Shown piece by piece: positions 17,955-27,956 of a DNA stretch of 64,000 bases. The notes beneath the pieces are model-generated. The model was not told the origin of the DNA and searched no databases. It was given only the letters and a program-made list of their open reading frames with translations. Source of the DNA: Bacteroidota bacterium (GTDB lineage Bacteria; Bacteroidota; Bacteroidia; Chitinophagales; Chitinophagaceae); contig JBDLUN010000144.1 in assembly GCA_039805245.1 (NCBI GenBank), positions 162-64,161 of the forward strand. The letters are read 5' to 3'. The translations under genes were made by a program, and so were the position numbers. Each line of letters starts with the position of its first letter. Position 1 is the stretch's first letter.

Positions 17955-19433
17955 ATGACCATCCAGGCAATGCTCAAGGACTACCTGCGCGCTGGCGCAT
18001 GGGATGAGATGCTTGGGGAAGACTCGGTAAGAGAACCTTACATGAAGCTGATGATGTCTTTGTCTCATCTGCATGCGGATGACCTCAGGCAAAAACACTT
18101 GCATGCCAGTGAGCTCTTCATGAACCAGGGCATCACCTTTACGGTGTACAGTGATGATGCCGGTATTGAAAGGATATTTCCTTTTGATGTCATTCCCAGA
18201 ATCATCACCTCTACAGAATGGAACCATATCGAATTGGGCATCAAGCAAAGGCTCAAGGCACTCAATATGTTCCTGCACGACATCTACCATGAGCAGCACA
18301 TTCTCAAGGATGGCATCGTGCCTAATGCGCTGATTGCGTCCTGTCCGCATTACACCCGCGAGGTTGCAGGCATTGACGTTCCGCACCAGATATATGTACA
18401 TATTTCCGGTATTGACCTGATCAGGGGTGATGGGGGTGAATTTTTTATCTTGGAAGACAACCTGCGGACACCATCAGGGGTCTCCTATATGCTGGAAAAC
18501 AGGGAAGTCACCAAACGACTTTTTCCAGACCAGGTGGCTGCGCATCAGGTGAGGATGGTGAATAATTATCCGCTGATTCTCCATAGCAACCTGCTTGCCT
18601 TGTCTCCACGGTCAGTAAGCAATCCTGTTGCTGTAATCCTTACTCCGGGCGTGTTTAACTCCGCCTATTACGAACACACATTTCTTGCCAGGCAGATGGG
18701 TATCCCATTGGTGGAGGGCACAGATCTGGTCGTGAATAACAGTAAGGTGTATATGAAGACTACGCGCGGATTGACACAGGTGGATGTCATTTACCGGCGT
18801 GTGGATGATGAATTCCTCGATCCGCTTACTTTTCGCCCGGATAGTATTTTGGGTGTACCCGGATTGATTGCAGCTTGCAGAAAGGGCAATGTGGCTATCG
18901 TCAATGCCGTAGGCAATGGTGTGGCTGATGACAAGGCTGTTTATGCGTATGTACCCGCCATGATCCGGTATTACCTCAATGAAGAGCCTGTACTGCCCAA
19001 CGTTCCTACTTATCAAATGAGTAACAGGGAGGAGCGGGAGCATGTATTCAAAAACATCCACAAAATGGTGCTGAAGGGCACGAATCAATCTGGCGGATAT
19101 GGCATGCTGATGGGCAATAAGGCTTCTGATGAGGAGATAACCCGCTTCAAAGCCAAAGTGGAAGATTCTCCCCGGGAATTCATTGCACAGCCAATCATCA
19201 AACTGTCAACTGTTCCCTGTTTTATTGATGGGAAGCTACAGGCAAGGCATGTGGATCTCAGACCATACGCACTTTGTGGGCCCTCTGGCATTGAGATCGT
19301 TCCGGGAGGATTGACCCGTGTTGCCCTCAGGGAAGGTTCGCTGGTGGTGAATTCTTCGCAAGGCGGAGGCAGTAAAGACACCTGGATCATTGATACGGAT
19401 TCCTTCAACCAAAATTTGAACGATGCTCAGTAG
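17955..19433 (+). CDS. Circularly permuted type 2 ATP-grasp protein
   Basis: GITFTVY, FPFDVIPR, GIDLIR, LEDNLRTPSGVSY, DVIYRRVDD, GNGVADDK, HVDLRP and NSSQGGGSKDTW. Confidence 0.95.
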   Translation: MTIQAMLKDYLRAGAWDEMLGEDSVREPYMKLMMSLSHLHADDLRQKHLHASELFMNQGITFTVYSDDAGIERIFPFDVIPRIITSTEWNHIELGIKQRLKALNMFLHDIYHEQHILKDGIVPNALIASCPHYTREVAGIDVPHQIYVHISGIDLIRGDGGEFFILEDNLRTPSGVSYMLENREVTKRLFPDQVAAHQVRMVNNYPLILHSNLLALSPRSVSNPVAVILTPGVFNSAYYEHTFLARQMGIPLVEGTDLVVNNSKVYMKTTRGLTQVDVIYRRVDDEFLDPLTFRPDSILGVPGLIAACRKGNVAIVNAVGNGVADDKAVYAYVPAMIRYYLNEEPVLPNVPTYQMSNREEREHVFKNIHKMVLKGTNQSGGYGMLMGNKASDEEITRFKAKVEDSPREFIAQPIIKLSTVPCFIDGKLQARHVDLRPYALCGPSGIEIVPGGLTRVALREGSLVVNSSQGGGSKDTWIIDTDSFNQNLNDAQ

Positions 19434-20364
19434 AATAGCAGATTCCATGTTCTGGATGAACAGGTATTTGGAAAGATCGGAGGGACTCCTGCGGATGTTG
19501 ATGACAAGCTATGTGCTCTCATTGGATAAGGGTTTAAGCGGGTCTAACAGCTGGGAGCCAGTCATGCACATCTTTTCCGGACTATCCCCTGAACGCAGGT
19601 TGGAAATTGCTTCCCATCCCAACCAGGCTATTCAATACCTGTTGCTCGACCAGGAAAACAATAACTCCCTGAAATCGATTCTTAACAGGGCCAGGGAGAA
19701 TGCAAGGGGCATGCAAGACCACATCACCAAAGAGATGTGGGAACAGGTCAATCAACTGTATCACTTGGTGAACAGTCCTAAAACAGAAAAAGGACTGGTA
19801 TCGGGTGAGCAGCTGGCAACCATGGAAACCCTGTTGAACAATTGTTTGTTATATACCGGCATCACCGACAGCACCATGCCCCGCGGCATGGCCTGGGGTT
19901 TCATGAACTTGGGCAAATACATTGAACGTTGTCAGCTCACCCTTTCCATCACAGCAACCCATTTCAATGGCATCTCGTCGAAGGGTCAGCAGGATAGGGA
20001 TATCCTTTTCTGGCGGAGTCTGCTGTTTACGCTATCCGGGTATGAGTTGCACCTGAAACATTACAGAAGTACCGATACCGACCGCAATGTGCTTGATCAG
20101 GTCATCTTCAACAGGTATTTTCCGCATTCTGTCATATACAGTCTGGAACGGGTAAAAAAATACCTGCAAGACCTCGTAGAACAGAACCAGCCTGATGGCA
20201 GAACGGAGATGATGCGTTTGTTCGGCAGGCTGATGAGTCAGGTGCAATATGCCGATCAGCAGGCTTTGCAAGATGAAACACTGATGGGCTTTTTGGATGC
20301 AATCCAATCCAATATCAATGCCTTTCATTACCAACTTTCCCATACATTCTTCTCATATTCATAA
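19423..20364 (+). CDS. Alpha-E domain-containing protein
   Basis: MLSRIADSMFWMNRYLER, ARENAR, GKYIER and FPHSV. Overlaps the ATP-grasp stop. Confidence 0.93.
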   Translation: MLSRIADSMFWMNRYLERSEGLLRMLMTSYVLSLDKGLSGSNSWEPVMHIFSGLSPERRLEIASHPNQAIQYLLLDQENNNSLKSILNRARENARGMQDHITKEMWEQVNQLYHLVNSPKTEKGLVSGEQLATMETLLNNCLLYTGITDSTMPRGMAWGFMNLGKYIERCQLTLSITATHFNGISSKGQQDRDILFWRSLLFTLSGYELHLKHYRSTDTDRNVLDQVIFNRYFPHSVIYSLERVKKYLQDLVEQNQPDGRTEMMRLFGRLMSQVQYADQQALQDETLMGFLDAIQSNINAFHYQLSHTFFSYS

Positions 20365-20373
20365 AAGTGTAGC

Positions 20374-21318
20374 ATGGCCCTGTTTAGGATTCAGCATATA
20401 ACCCGGTATTTGTACGAGCGTCCCGTATCAGAGAGTGTCAATGAGTTACGCATCTATCCTATGCTTTCATCCGGACAGGAAGTGCTCCAGCATGATCTGA
20501 TTATCACAGGGGATCCTGAAATGCAGGTATATACGGATTATTGGGGTAACCGGACCGGTTTTTTCAATGTGTTGGAAGGTCATCAGGAGCTCAAAGTGGA
20601 AAGCAGGTTGCTCATCAGGACATTTGCTCCCGAATTAGGGAAAACCAATTGTGTCGGCAGTTTTGCCGAACTAACTGCAGCGATGGAAAAATCATTACTG
20701 CTAATTGAGTTGGGCAGTCCTGAGCAGATTGAACGCATAGATGATATCCGGGCCATCTGTGAATCCCTTCATGACGGAACACGCAATATAGGTGAGCTGG
20801 TTGAAGGCTGCAGCCGGTATATCTTCGACAACTTCACCTACAGGAAAGGAATCACAACCATTGAAACCACTGTTGATGATATCCTCAAAATCCGTGAAGG
20901 GGTTTGTCAGGATTTTGCCCATGTGTTGTTGCAATTGCTGCGCACCATTGGAATCCCCTGTCGCTACGTCAGCGGTTATATTTGTCCGAATAAAAACGGC
21001 ATGCGCGGTGAAGGGGCAACCCATGCTTGGGTGGAAGCCTACATCCCCGAAAGGGGATGGTGTGGGATAGATCCCACCAACAATGTATGGGTTGGAGACA
21101 ACCATGTAAAACTCGCAGTGGGTAGGAATTTCAAGGATTGTACACCGGTCAAAGGAACATTCAAAGGTGCTACAAGACAACACCTGTTTGTATATGTTTC
21201 TGTTGGTTATGAAGATGGACACATCTTTGAAGAAACGACCGAAGTAAGGTTGGATCATGTGGATGCGCCAACAGTGACCGAAGCGGAACTGCTTGCTGCG
21301 ATGGCTGCACAGCAATAA
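20374..21318 (+). CDS. Transglutaminase family protein with N-terminal Bact_transglu_N-like domain
   Basis: FRIQHITRYLY N-terminus; Cys-His-Asp triad motifs GVCQDFAH, THAWVE and IDPTN; GRNFKDCTP. Confidence 0.93.
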   Translation: MALFRIQHITRYLYERPVSESVNELRIYPMLSSGQEVLQHDLIITGDPEMQVYTDYWGNRTGFFNVLEGHQELKVESRLLIRTFAPELGKTNCVGSFAELTAAMEKSLLLIELGSPEQIERIDDIRAICESLHDGTRNIGELVEGCSRYIFDNFTYRKGITTIETTVDDILKIREGVCQDFAHVLLQLLRTIGIPCRYVSGYICPNKNGMRGEGATHAWVEAYIPERGWCGIDPTNNVWVGDNHVKLAVGRNFKDCTPVKGTFKGATRQHLFVYVSVGYEDGHIFEETTEVRLDHVDAPTVTEAELLAAMAAQQ

Positions 21319-22056
21319 CTAGGATTGCAGGCTGTAAAACAACCTGCCCAATGCTTCTCGAACACATTTTTCAACAGTGGCCATACCGTCTGGTCTGGGA
21401 ATGAAATCCATCGGTACCAGCTTACTGCCTCCTGTCTTGAAATCTACTGGATAGGTTTGAACTTCCATCCCTGCATTTTCAAAGACCATCTTGGCTCTGG
21501 GCATGTGGTATGAAGAAGTGACCAAAATGATGCGGGTGCCTTTTCCTTTAAGTAACCTGCTCGTTTGGGTGGCTTCCTCGGCAGTATTTTCAGCATCTTC
21601 TGCAATAAGGATTTGCTGAGGTTCAATCCCCAGTTGCAAGGCTTTTTCAGTTAGGATTTCCGATTCAGTTGGACCAATCCTCCACGGTAGCCTTCCTTTC
21701 GTGAAGACGATGAATGGAGCCAAGTTTGATTTAATCAATTCGATTCCGCCAAAGAAACGGTCGGGATCGTGCCATTCGCTAACCGTTCCTTTTACAGTTG
21801 GGATGTTATGCGTCATTCCGCTTAGTACAACAATAGCATCTGCTTTTTGCATGTCTGATGGCTGTTTCCTGCTGCCACTGTTTTCAAGCCATGCAAAAAG
21901 TGAATTGCTCACTACAGGCATGGAAATAACCATCATTACCCCCATAGCAATCCAAATGATACGCCTGTTCTTCCGCAGCAGTCCAATGAAGATGGCTACA
22001 GACAGCAACAAAAAGGGCGATAAAAGCAGGGGTAGTAATTTGTGTAGGTAGATCAT
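21319..22056 (-). CDS. YdcF family (DUF218, ElyC/SanA-like) membrane-anchored protein
   Basis: AIVVLSGM, NTAEEA and LVTSSYHMPRA motifs; N-terminal TM helices. Confidence 0.9.
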   Translation of the reverse strand: MIYLHKLLPLLLSPFLLLSVAIFIGLLRKNRRIIWIAMGVMMVISMPVVSNSLFAWLENSGSRKQPSDMQKADAIVVLSGMTHNIPTVKGTVSEWHDPDRFFGGIELIKSNLAPFIVFTKGRLPWRIGPTESEILTEKALQLGIEPQQILIAEDAENTAEEATQTSRLLKGKGTRIILVTSSYHMPRAKMVFENAGMEVQTYPVDFKTGGSKLVPMDFIPRPDGMATVEKCVREALGRLFYSLQS

Positions 22057-22155
22057 CGATACATTGTTGGCTATAAAATTACTTAAACTCTTTGGGTTCT
22101 TGTGTGGCAAATTGCAACGGAGCGTGATGGAAAATCATTAAATTGTCATCCAATT

Positions 22156-24567
22156 ATGATGCGGTACATTTCTTTTTCTCTTGTGGTGGTATTCTTATTA
22201 GGTCATACAGCGTTGCAATCCCAATCGACCCCTACAACCATCAGAGGGTTGGTATTGGCCATGAGAGACAGTACACCAGTATCCTTTGCCAGTGTGCTGC
22301 TGAAGCAAAAGGACAGCCTGATCAAAGGATATAATCTGAAAGCTGATGCCCAGTTCAGCATAACAGCTTTGCCGGGAATGTACCGGTTGGAAATCTTTCA
22401 TGTTACGCACGAACCCATGGTTATGAACCTTGTTGTTCGGGCAGGGGATACCGTGATCAATCTTGGTATCCTATATCTGAAGGATTTGAAATCACAAACC
22501 CTTGACAATATTATTGTACAGGCAGAGAAAAGCAGTATGCAGTTGTCATTGGATAAGAAAATATTCAATGTAGGGAAAGACTTGGCCAATGCCGGCGGAA
22601 ATGCCTCTGATATATTGCAGAATATACCATCCGTTTCCGTTGATCCTGATGGGGGCGTAAAACTGAGGGGCAGCGATAATGTGAGGATTTTAATTGATGG
22701 CAAACCATCCGGATTGGTGAGCATCAAGGGCGGCAGTGGCTTGCAACAGTTGCAGGCCAGTCTTGTAGAGCGGGTTGAGCTGATAACCAATCCCTCTGCA
22801 CGATATGAAGCTGAAGGTATGGCTGGAATCATCAATATTGTTTTGAAAAAAGACAGGCGCCAAGGCTTCAATGGCTCGTTTGAGTTGATTTCCGGCAATC
22901 CTGATAATTTTGGATTAGCTGCCAATTTGAATTACCGGAAAAATAAGATAAACTTTTTTGTTAACTATGGTATTGCACACCGCATTCAACCATCAAAAGG
23001 AAAGGTATCACAAACCTACGTATCAGGAGATTCCACTTTCTTTTTTGAGCAACAGGATCGTATGCGATTGAAAACGTTCAATAATAATGTACGTGCAGGA
23101 TTGGATTATTTTTTCAATGAAACAAATATCCTGACGGCGGCATATTTATATCGGGGAAGTCTGGCTAGTAGAGAACGCAAATTCCGGTATGATGACTTTC
23201 TGAATTCCAAGTCCAATATTACCGGTTTTGTGAACAGGACCCAGCTGGAAGAGGAAGATGAGCCCAATTCAGAGTTTTCCATAGTACATAAAAAAAGTTT
23301 CAAAAAAAAGGGTCATGAAATCACTAGTGAGTTCAAGTATATTGATTATTGGGAAAATTCTGACCAGTCCTACTTCCAAAGCAGTTTTACTCCAGCAGGA
23401 ACTGAAATCAAAAACAGATATTTGAATCAAAAATCATTGAATGATGAATTTGAAAAGCAGTGGCTATTACAGGTGGACTATTTGTATCCATTAGGGAAAG
23501 ATGGTAAGTTGGAAACAGGCGTGAGAACAAGTTTCCGGGAAATGGTCAATGACTATCTTGTTACCCAAATGAATCCATCAGGAGTATTTGATGTAATACC
23601 AGGATTGGATAATGTATTTTTATATGATGAAAATATACATGGCCTTTACGGCATCGTTTCCAATAAAAAAGGCCATTTTGGTTATCAGGCCGGCATTAGG
23701 GCAGAATGGACCGATGTCACTACCACTTTGAAAGAGACCAATGAAGTGAACCCAAGAGATTATTTGAATCTTTTTCCAAGTGTCCATTTTGATTATCAAT
23801 TGAAGAAAGATAATGCAGTACAATTAAGTTATAGCAGGAGGGTAAGGCGGCCATTTTACAATGATCTCAGTCCATATGTCACATTATCTGACAGCAGGAG
23901 TTTTTTCAGTGGCAATCCGGACCTCAACCCGGAATTCAGTGATGTAGTTGAAGTTGGTCATATCAAAACATTCGAAAAAGGCTCACTGGCATCCTCTATA
24001 TATTACCGGTCAACTACCGGCAGGATTGACCGCATCAGAAAAGTGGATAATTTGGGTAACGCTGTTACCCGAACAGAAAATTTGTTGTCGGAAAAGGCAT
24101 TTGGAGTAGAGTTGACATCGACAGTAAAGCCATTCAAATGGTGGAAAATGGATGGCAATTTCAATTTGTTTTATGCAGAAATTGATGGTACAAATATTCT
24201 GCCGACATTTCAAACCAATACCTATAGTTGGTTTCTTCGTCATACTTCCAGATTCAGTTTAAACAGTGTTGTGGATGTTCAGTGGAGAATGAATTATGAG
24301 GCAGCCCAAAAAACAGTTCAGGGAAGAAGATTGGGGTTGTTTTATGCTGACTTGTCAGCAAGCTTGGATATGCTAAAAAATCAGGGGACATTGACACTTA
24401 ATATTACAGATGTATTCAATAGTAGGAAAACAAGAACTATAGTAAAAGGTGCGAATTTCTCATTCGAAGGTTATGGAGGTTTTCGCCCTCGTCAGGCAAA
24501 TCTTACATTTGTGTACCGCATAAAGCAAAGCAAAAACGTCAAAACTGTGAAGATCATTCAGGATTGA
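22156..24567 (+). CDS. TonB-dependent receptor-like outer-membrane beta-barrel protein
   Basis: Signal peptide, carboxypeptidase-regulatory-like N-domain, plug motifs NIPSVSVD...GSDNVRILIDGKPS and ITNPSARYEAEG; GNPDLNPE. Confidence 0.88.
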   Translation: MMRYISFSLVVVFLLGHTALQSQSTPTTIRGLVLAMRDSTPVSFASVLLKQKDSLIKGYNLKADAQFSITALPGMYRLEIFHVTHEPMVMNLVVRAGDTVINLGILYLKDLKSQTLDNIIVQAEKSSMQLSLDKKIFNVGKDLANAGGNASDILQNIPSVSVDPDGGVKLRGSDNVRILIDGKPSGLVSIKGGSGLQQLQASLVERVELITNPSARYEAEGMAGIINIVLKKDRRQGFNGSFELISGNPDNFGLAANLNYRKNKINFFVNYGIAHRIQPSKGKVSQTYVSGDSTFFFEQQDRMRLKTFNNNVRAGLDYFFNETNILTAAYLYRGSLASRERKFRYDDFLNSKSNITGFVNRTQLEEEDEPNSEFSIVHKKSFKKKGHEITSEFKYIDYWENSDQSYFQSSFTPAGTEIKNRYLNQKSLNDEFEKQWLLQVDYLYPLGKDGKLETGVRTSFREMVNDYLVTQMNPSGVFDVIPGLDNVFLYDENIHGLYGIVSNKKGHFGYQAGIRAEWTDVTTTLKETNEVNPRDYLNLFPSVHFDYQLKKDNAVQLSYSRRVRRPFYNDLSPYVTLSDSRSFFSGNPDLNPEFSDVVEVGHIKTFEKGSLASSIYYRSTTGRIDRIRKVDNLGNAVTRTENLLSEKAFGVELTSTVKPFKWWKMDGNFNLFYAEIDGTNILPTFQTNTYSWFLRHTSRFSLNSVVDVQWRMNYEAAQKTVQGRRLGLFYADLSASLDMLKNQGTLTLNITDVFNSRKTRTIVKGANFSFEGYGGFRPRQANLTFVYRIKQSKNVKTVKIIQD

Positions 24568-24769
24568 TTTTTACGGCAGACTGGTGTAGGAATATGCCAA
24601 TAATCATTTATTGTTCAATTGTATTTCTATTGTTAAATATGCTGAAATTCAATCTGGAAAAGGATTTCAGGGCGTATGCTGAATTTCGTCATTGGAATAA
24701 TTGACATTTGTCATCTCCTTGACAATCCTCAACAGGTACTTTCGTTTTCGAAATCAAATCGTAACGAAG

Positions 24770-25552
24770 ATGCCCATGAGAATCCTGATCAACATATTCA
24801 TCCTGATGGTAGTAACCTCGTTGGTATCATGCCTGAATACCAAAAACATCGGTTATTTCAATGAGGCAAAAGAGGCTGTATACGCTTCAGACCGCTTGCA
24901 GAATCAAGAACTCATTCAAAAAAATGATATCCTGGATATCACCATTACCAGCTTGAATACAGAAGCTTCTGCTGTTTTCAACACCAATAACGGTAACGCT
25001 AATGGTTTGAAAGGCCCATCGGCAAGTGCTTTCCAATACGGAGGTTACCTTGTTAATGAAGATGGGTTAATCCAATTGCCAATCCTGGGTAGTATTCAGG
25101 CAGCTTCAATGACCAAGCAACAGTTGAAACAGCTCATTACGACCATGATTGAGGAGAGGAAATTGTTGATAGATCCCATAGTAAATATTAGGCATCTCAA
25201 TTTTGAAGTGACAGTAATAGGGGAGGTTGCCAAACCATCGGTCATATCAGTACCGAGTGAAAGGATCTCTTTGTTGAAAGCATTGGGTTTGGCTGGGGAT
25301 ATCACCATTTATGGCAAGAAAGACAATGTATTGTTGATTAGGGAAGCCAATGGTAAAAAAACGGTCAGACGCATCAACCTCAATACAGATTCTTTTTTGA
25401 ATTCAGCATACTATTATCTGCAGCCCAATGACATCATCTATGTAGAGCCCAATAAAAACAAGCTGGCAAGTGTAGGAAGAGGAAGGCAATTGTTGCCGGT
25501 ATTTATGTCAGGTTTATCGGTGATGGTCATTGTATTGGACAGGATTTTATAA
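24770..25552 (+). CDS. wza: Polysaccharide export lipoprotein (Wza/Poly_export with SLBB domain)
   Basis: Lipobox LVSC; DILDITI, GLIQLPILG, VIGEVAKP, GDITIYG and YYLQPNDIIYVEPN. Confidence 0.92.
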   Translation: MPMRILINIFILMVVTSLVSCLNTKNIGYFNEAKEAVYASDRLQNQELIQKNDILDITITSLNTEASAVFNTNNGNANGLKGPSASAFQYGGYLVNEDGLIQLPILGSIQAASMTKQQLKQLITTMIEERKLLIDPIVNIRHLNFEVTVIGEVAKPSVISVPSERISLLKALGLAGDITIYGKKDNVLLIREANGKKTVRRINLNTDSFLNSAYYYLQPNDIIYVEPNKNKLASVGRGRQLLPVFMSGLSVMVIVLDRIL

Positions 25553-25563
25553 ATAAGAAACTC

Positions 25564-27864
25564 ATGAAAACAGATAAGCAGCAACAGGAAGAAAGCCTTT
25601 TGGCAGAATTGATTGTCAAGTATAAGCCTTATTGGCCTGTATTTGTAATATTGGCAGTAATGTGCTTGACCATTTCATTTGTTTACTTGAAGTATGCCCA
25701 GCCCAAATTCAAGGCATCAGCCTCTTTGATTATCAAAGATGAGAAAAAGGGCTATGAAGACCCAAGATTGATGGAGTCGTTGAATCCTATGGGAGCCAAA
25801 AAAATTATAGAAAATGAAATTGAAGTATTGCAATCAAGAACGACAATGGAAAAAATTGTCAAACACTTGAAGCTCTACGCACCGGTATACCAAAGCAGAG
25901 GACTGATCAAGAGAAGAATCTATGAACAATCACCAATTTCCATTGAAGCGGCTTCACCTGATTTGATCAAAGAATCATTAAAGGATTTGCGTATTACATT
26001 TTCCAATCATAATGACAGTGTTGTTATTGATGGAATATATGGTGGCTTGAGCGGAGAATGGATCAACACAGCCTATGGGCCTTTAAAAATCAGTTTGAAC
26101 CGCGGGAAAATAAATCCAGAGAGCACTGTGGAATACTCTTTCAGGTTGCATGATGTACAAAAGGCGGCAAAGCAGATGATTGACCACCTGAAAGTGCATT
26201 CTGCCAATAAACTTTCTAGTATTGTTGAACTGGAGTATAAGGATTACACACCCGGATTGGCTGAAGATATTTTAAATCAAATCATACTCAGTTATAATGA
26301 GGATGCTTTACTTGAAAAAAACAATGCAGCAAAAAATGCCATTAAATTCATTGAAGGTCGATTGACAGTTATTGGTAGTGAATTGACAGAAATCGAAAGA
26401 AAGATAGAGCAATACAAGGCCAATAGCGGGGCAGTAGATATAAGTAAGCAGGGGCAGTTGTTTCTGGAAACGGTAAGGGACAATGACAAAAAAATGAGCG
26501 ATATCAATCTGCAAATTGCAGTGATGGATGAATTGACAAAACAGTTGTCATCTAATGCCTACATGAATGGTGTGCAGACGGCGACTGTTGGAAATGTTGA
26601 TCCCTTGCTCAACCAATTGATTGTCAGTTTGAATACTGCTGAATTGGATCGGGAGCGTTTGAAGAAAACAGTTGCTGTCAATAATCCGGTATTGGTTGCA
26701 GTTTCTGACCAGATCAGTAAAATAAAGAATGACATTTCGACTGTTATACAAAATCAACGTAAAAACCTGGCTGCAACCAAACAAAACCTTTCTTATACCA
26801 ATGCCAATTACAATGGCATGTTGTATTCAATTCCCGTCAAGGAAAGGGAGCTTCTTGAGTTGAGTCGGGATCAGGAAATAAAGAGTGGTATTTATTCTTT
26901 TTTGTTGCAGAAGAGGGAAGAGAGTGAGTTGTCTTATGCTTCAAACATAGCAGACAGTAGGGTAGTGAACAATGCATCAGCTTCCAAAATTCCGGTGAGT
27001 CCCAATACTTACATGGTTTATGCCATCGCATTATTATCCATAATTGCTTTGCCTGTTGGTATCATTGGCGCCAAAGAAACATTAGCCTCCAATATACTTT
27101 TTAGAAATGAAATCGAAAGGCTTACCAGTATTCCAATAATCGGTGAAGTGAGCTTTCACAAATCAGCTTCACCTTTGGCGGTAGAGACCGGAAAAAGGTC
27201 TCTTGTTGCAGAGGAATTCAGGAGAATAAGGTATGCGTTGCAATATAATCTTAATAAGACCTCCAATAAGAAAATACTGGTCACCTCAAGTATTTCTGGA
27301 GAGGGGAAAAGCTTTATTTCAGCCAATTTGGCCATCAGTTTTTCAATGACCGGTAAAAAAGTGGCTTTGGTGGATTTTGATTTGCATCAATCTTCTTTGG
27401 AAAAGATTTTTGGAAGTGAACACAAGGTTGGCTTGAGTGAATACCTGTCTGGTAATGCCACTTTGCAGGAATTACCAATGCGTGTCGAAATTTATGACAA
27501 TCTTTATTTCATCACAGCAGGTAAGGCAGACAATGACCCATCCGAAACCCTGGAGGGGGCAAGGACTGAAGCATTGTTGAGGTACTTGGATGATCACTTT
27601 GATTTGGTTATTATTGATTGTTCTCCATTGGCATTGGTAACGGATGCCAATTATCTGTCTGCATATTGCAATACAACCGTATATGTTGTCAGACATGGGT
27701 ATTCACCCAAATTCATACTCAAACGCCTTGATGAAAATAATGCTGTCAATCCGTTGGTAAATCCTGTCATCATTTTTAGCGGAATTAGAAATAGAGGGTT
27801 TACAGGAAACAGAAACAGTTATGGATATGGCTATGCTTACGGCATAGATCATAGAAAAGCCTAG
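25564..27864 (+). CDS. wzc: Polysaccharide co-polymerase / BY tyrosine kinase
   Basis: Two TM helices flanking a coiled-coil periplasmic region; EEFRRIR, Walker A GEGKS, VDFD, IIDCSP and Tyr-rich tail SYGYGYAYG. Confidence 0.93.
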   Translation: MKTDKQQQEESLLAELIVKYKPYWPVFVILAVMCLTISFVYLKYAQPKFKASASLIIKDEKKGYEDPRLMESLNPMGAKKIIENEIEVLQSRTTMEKIVKHLKLYAPVYQSRGLIKRRIYEQSPISIEAASPDLIKESLKDLRITFSNHNDSVVIDGIYGGLSGEWINTAYGPLKISLNRGKINPESTVEYSFRLHDVQKAAKQMIDHLKVHSANKLSSIVELEYKDYTPGLAEDILNQIILSYNEDALLEKNNAAKNAIKFIEGRLTVIGSELTEIERKIEQYKANSGAVDISKQGQLFLETVRDNDKKMSDINLQIAVMDELTKQLSSNAYMNGVQTATVGNVDPLLNQLIVSLNTAELDRERLKKTVAVNNPVLVAVSDQISKIKNDISTVIQNQRKNLAATKQNLSYTNANYNGMLYSIPVKERELLELSRDQEIKSGIYSFLLQKREESELSYASNIADSRVVNNASASKIPVSPNTYMVYAIALLSIIALPVGIIGAKETLASNILFRNEIERLTSIPIIGEVSFHKSASPLAVETGKRSLVAEEFRRIRYALQYNLNKTSNKKILVTSSISGEGKSFISANLAISFSMTGKKVALVDFDLHQSSLEKIFGSEHKVGLSEYLSGNATLQELPMRVEIYDNLYFITAGKADNDPSETLEGARTEALLRYLDDHFDLVIIDCSPLALVTDANYLSAYCNTTVYVVRHGYSPKFILKRLDENNAVNPLVNPVIIFSGIRNRGFTGNRNSYGYGYAYGIDHRKA

Positions 27865-27898
27865 TTTATTCAAGTGATTTTTATTGCGATAGAACAAT

Positions 27899-27929
27899 AT
27901 TCAATGTGATTGAATGTGGCGAAGCCATG
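27899..27929 (+). promoter_or_regulatory. Putative pause hairpin plus ops-like element for UpxY loading
   Basis: Hairpin ATTCAAT-gtg-ATTGAAT (27899-27915), then GGCGAAGCCATG (27918-27929), 27 bp before the upxY ATG. Confidence 0.5.
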
Positions 27930-27956
27930 TATTTTTCAAAAAACAAAATCAGGTTT

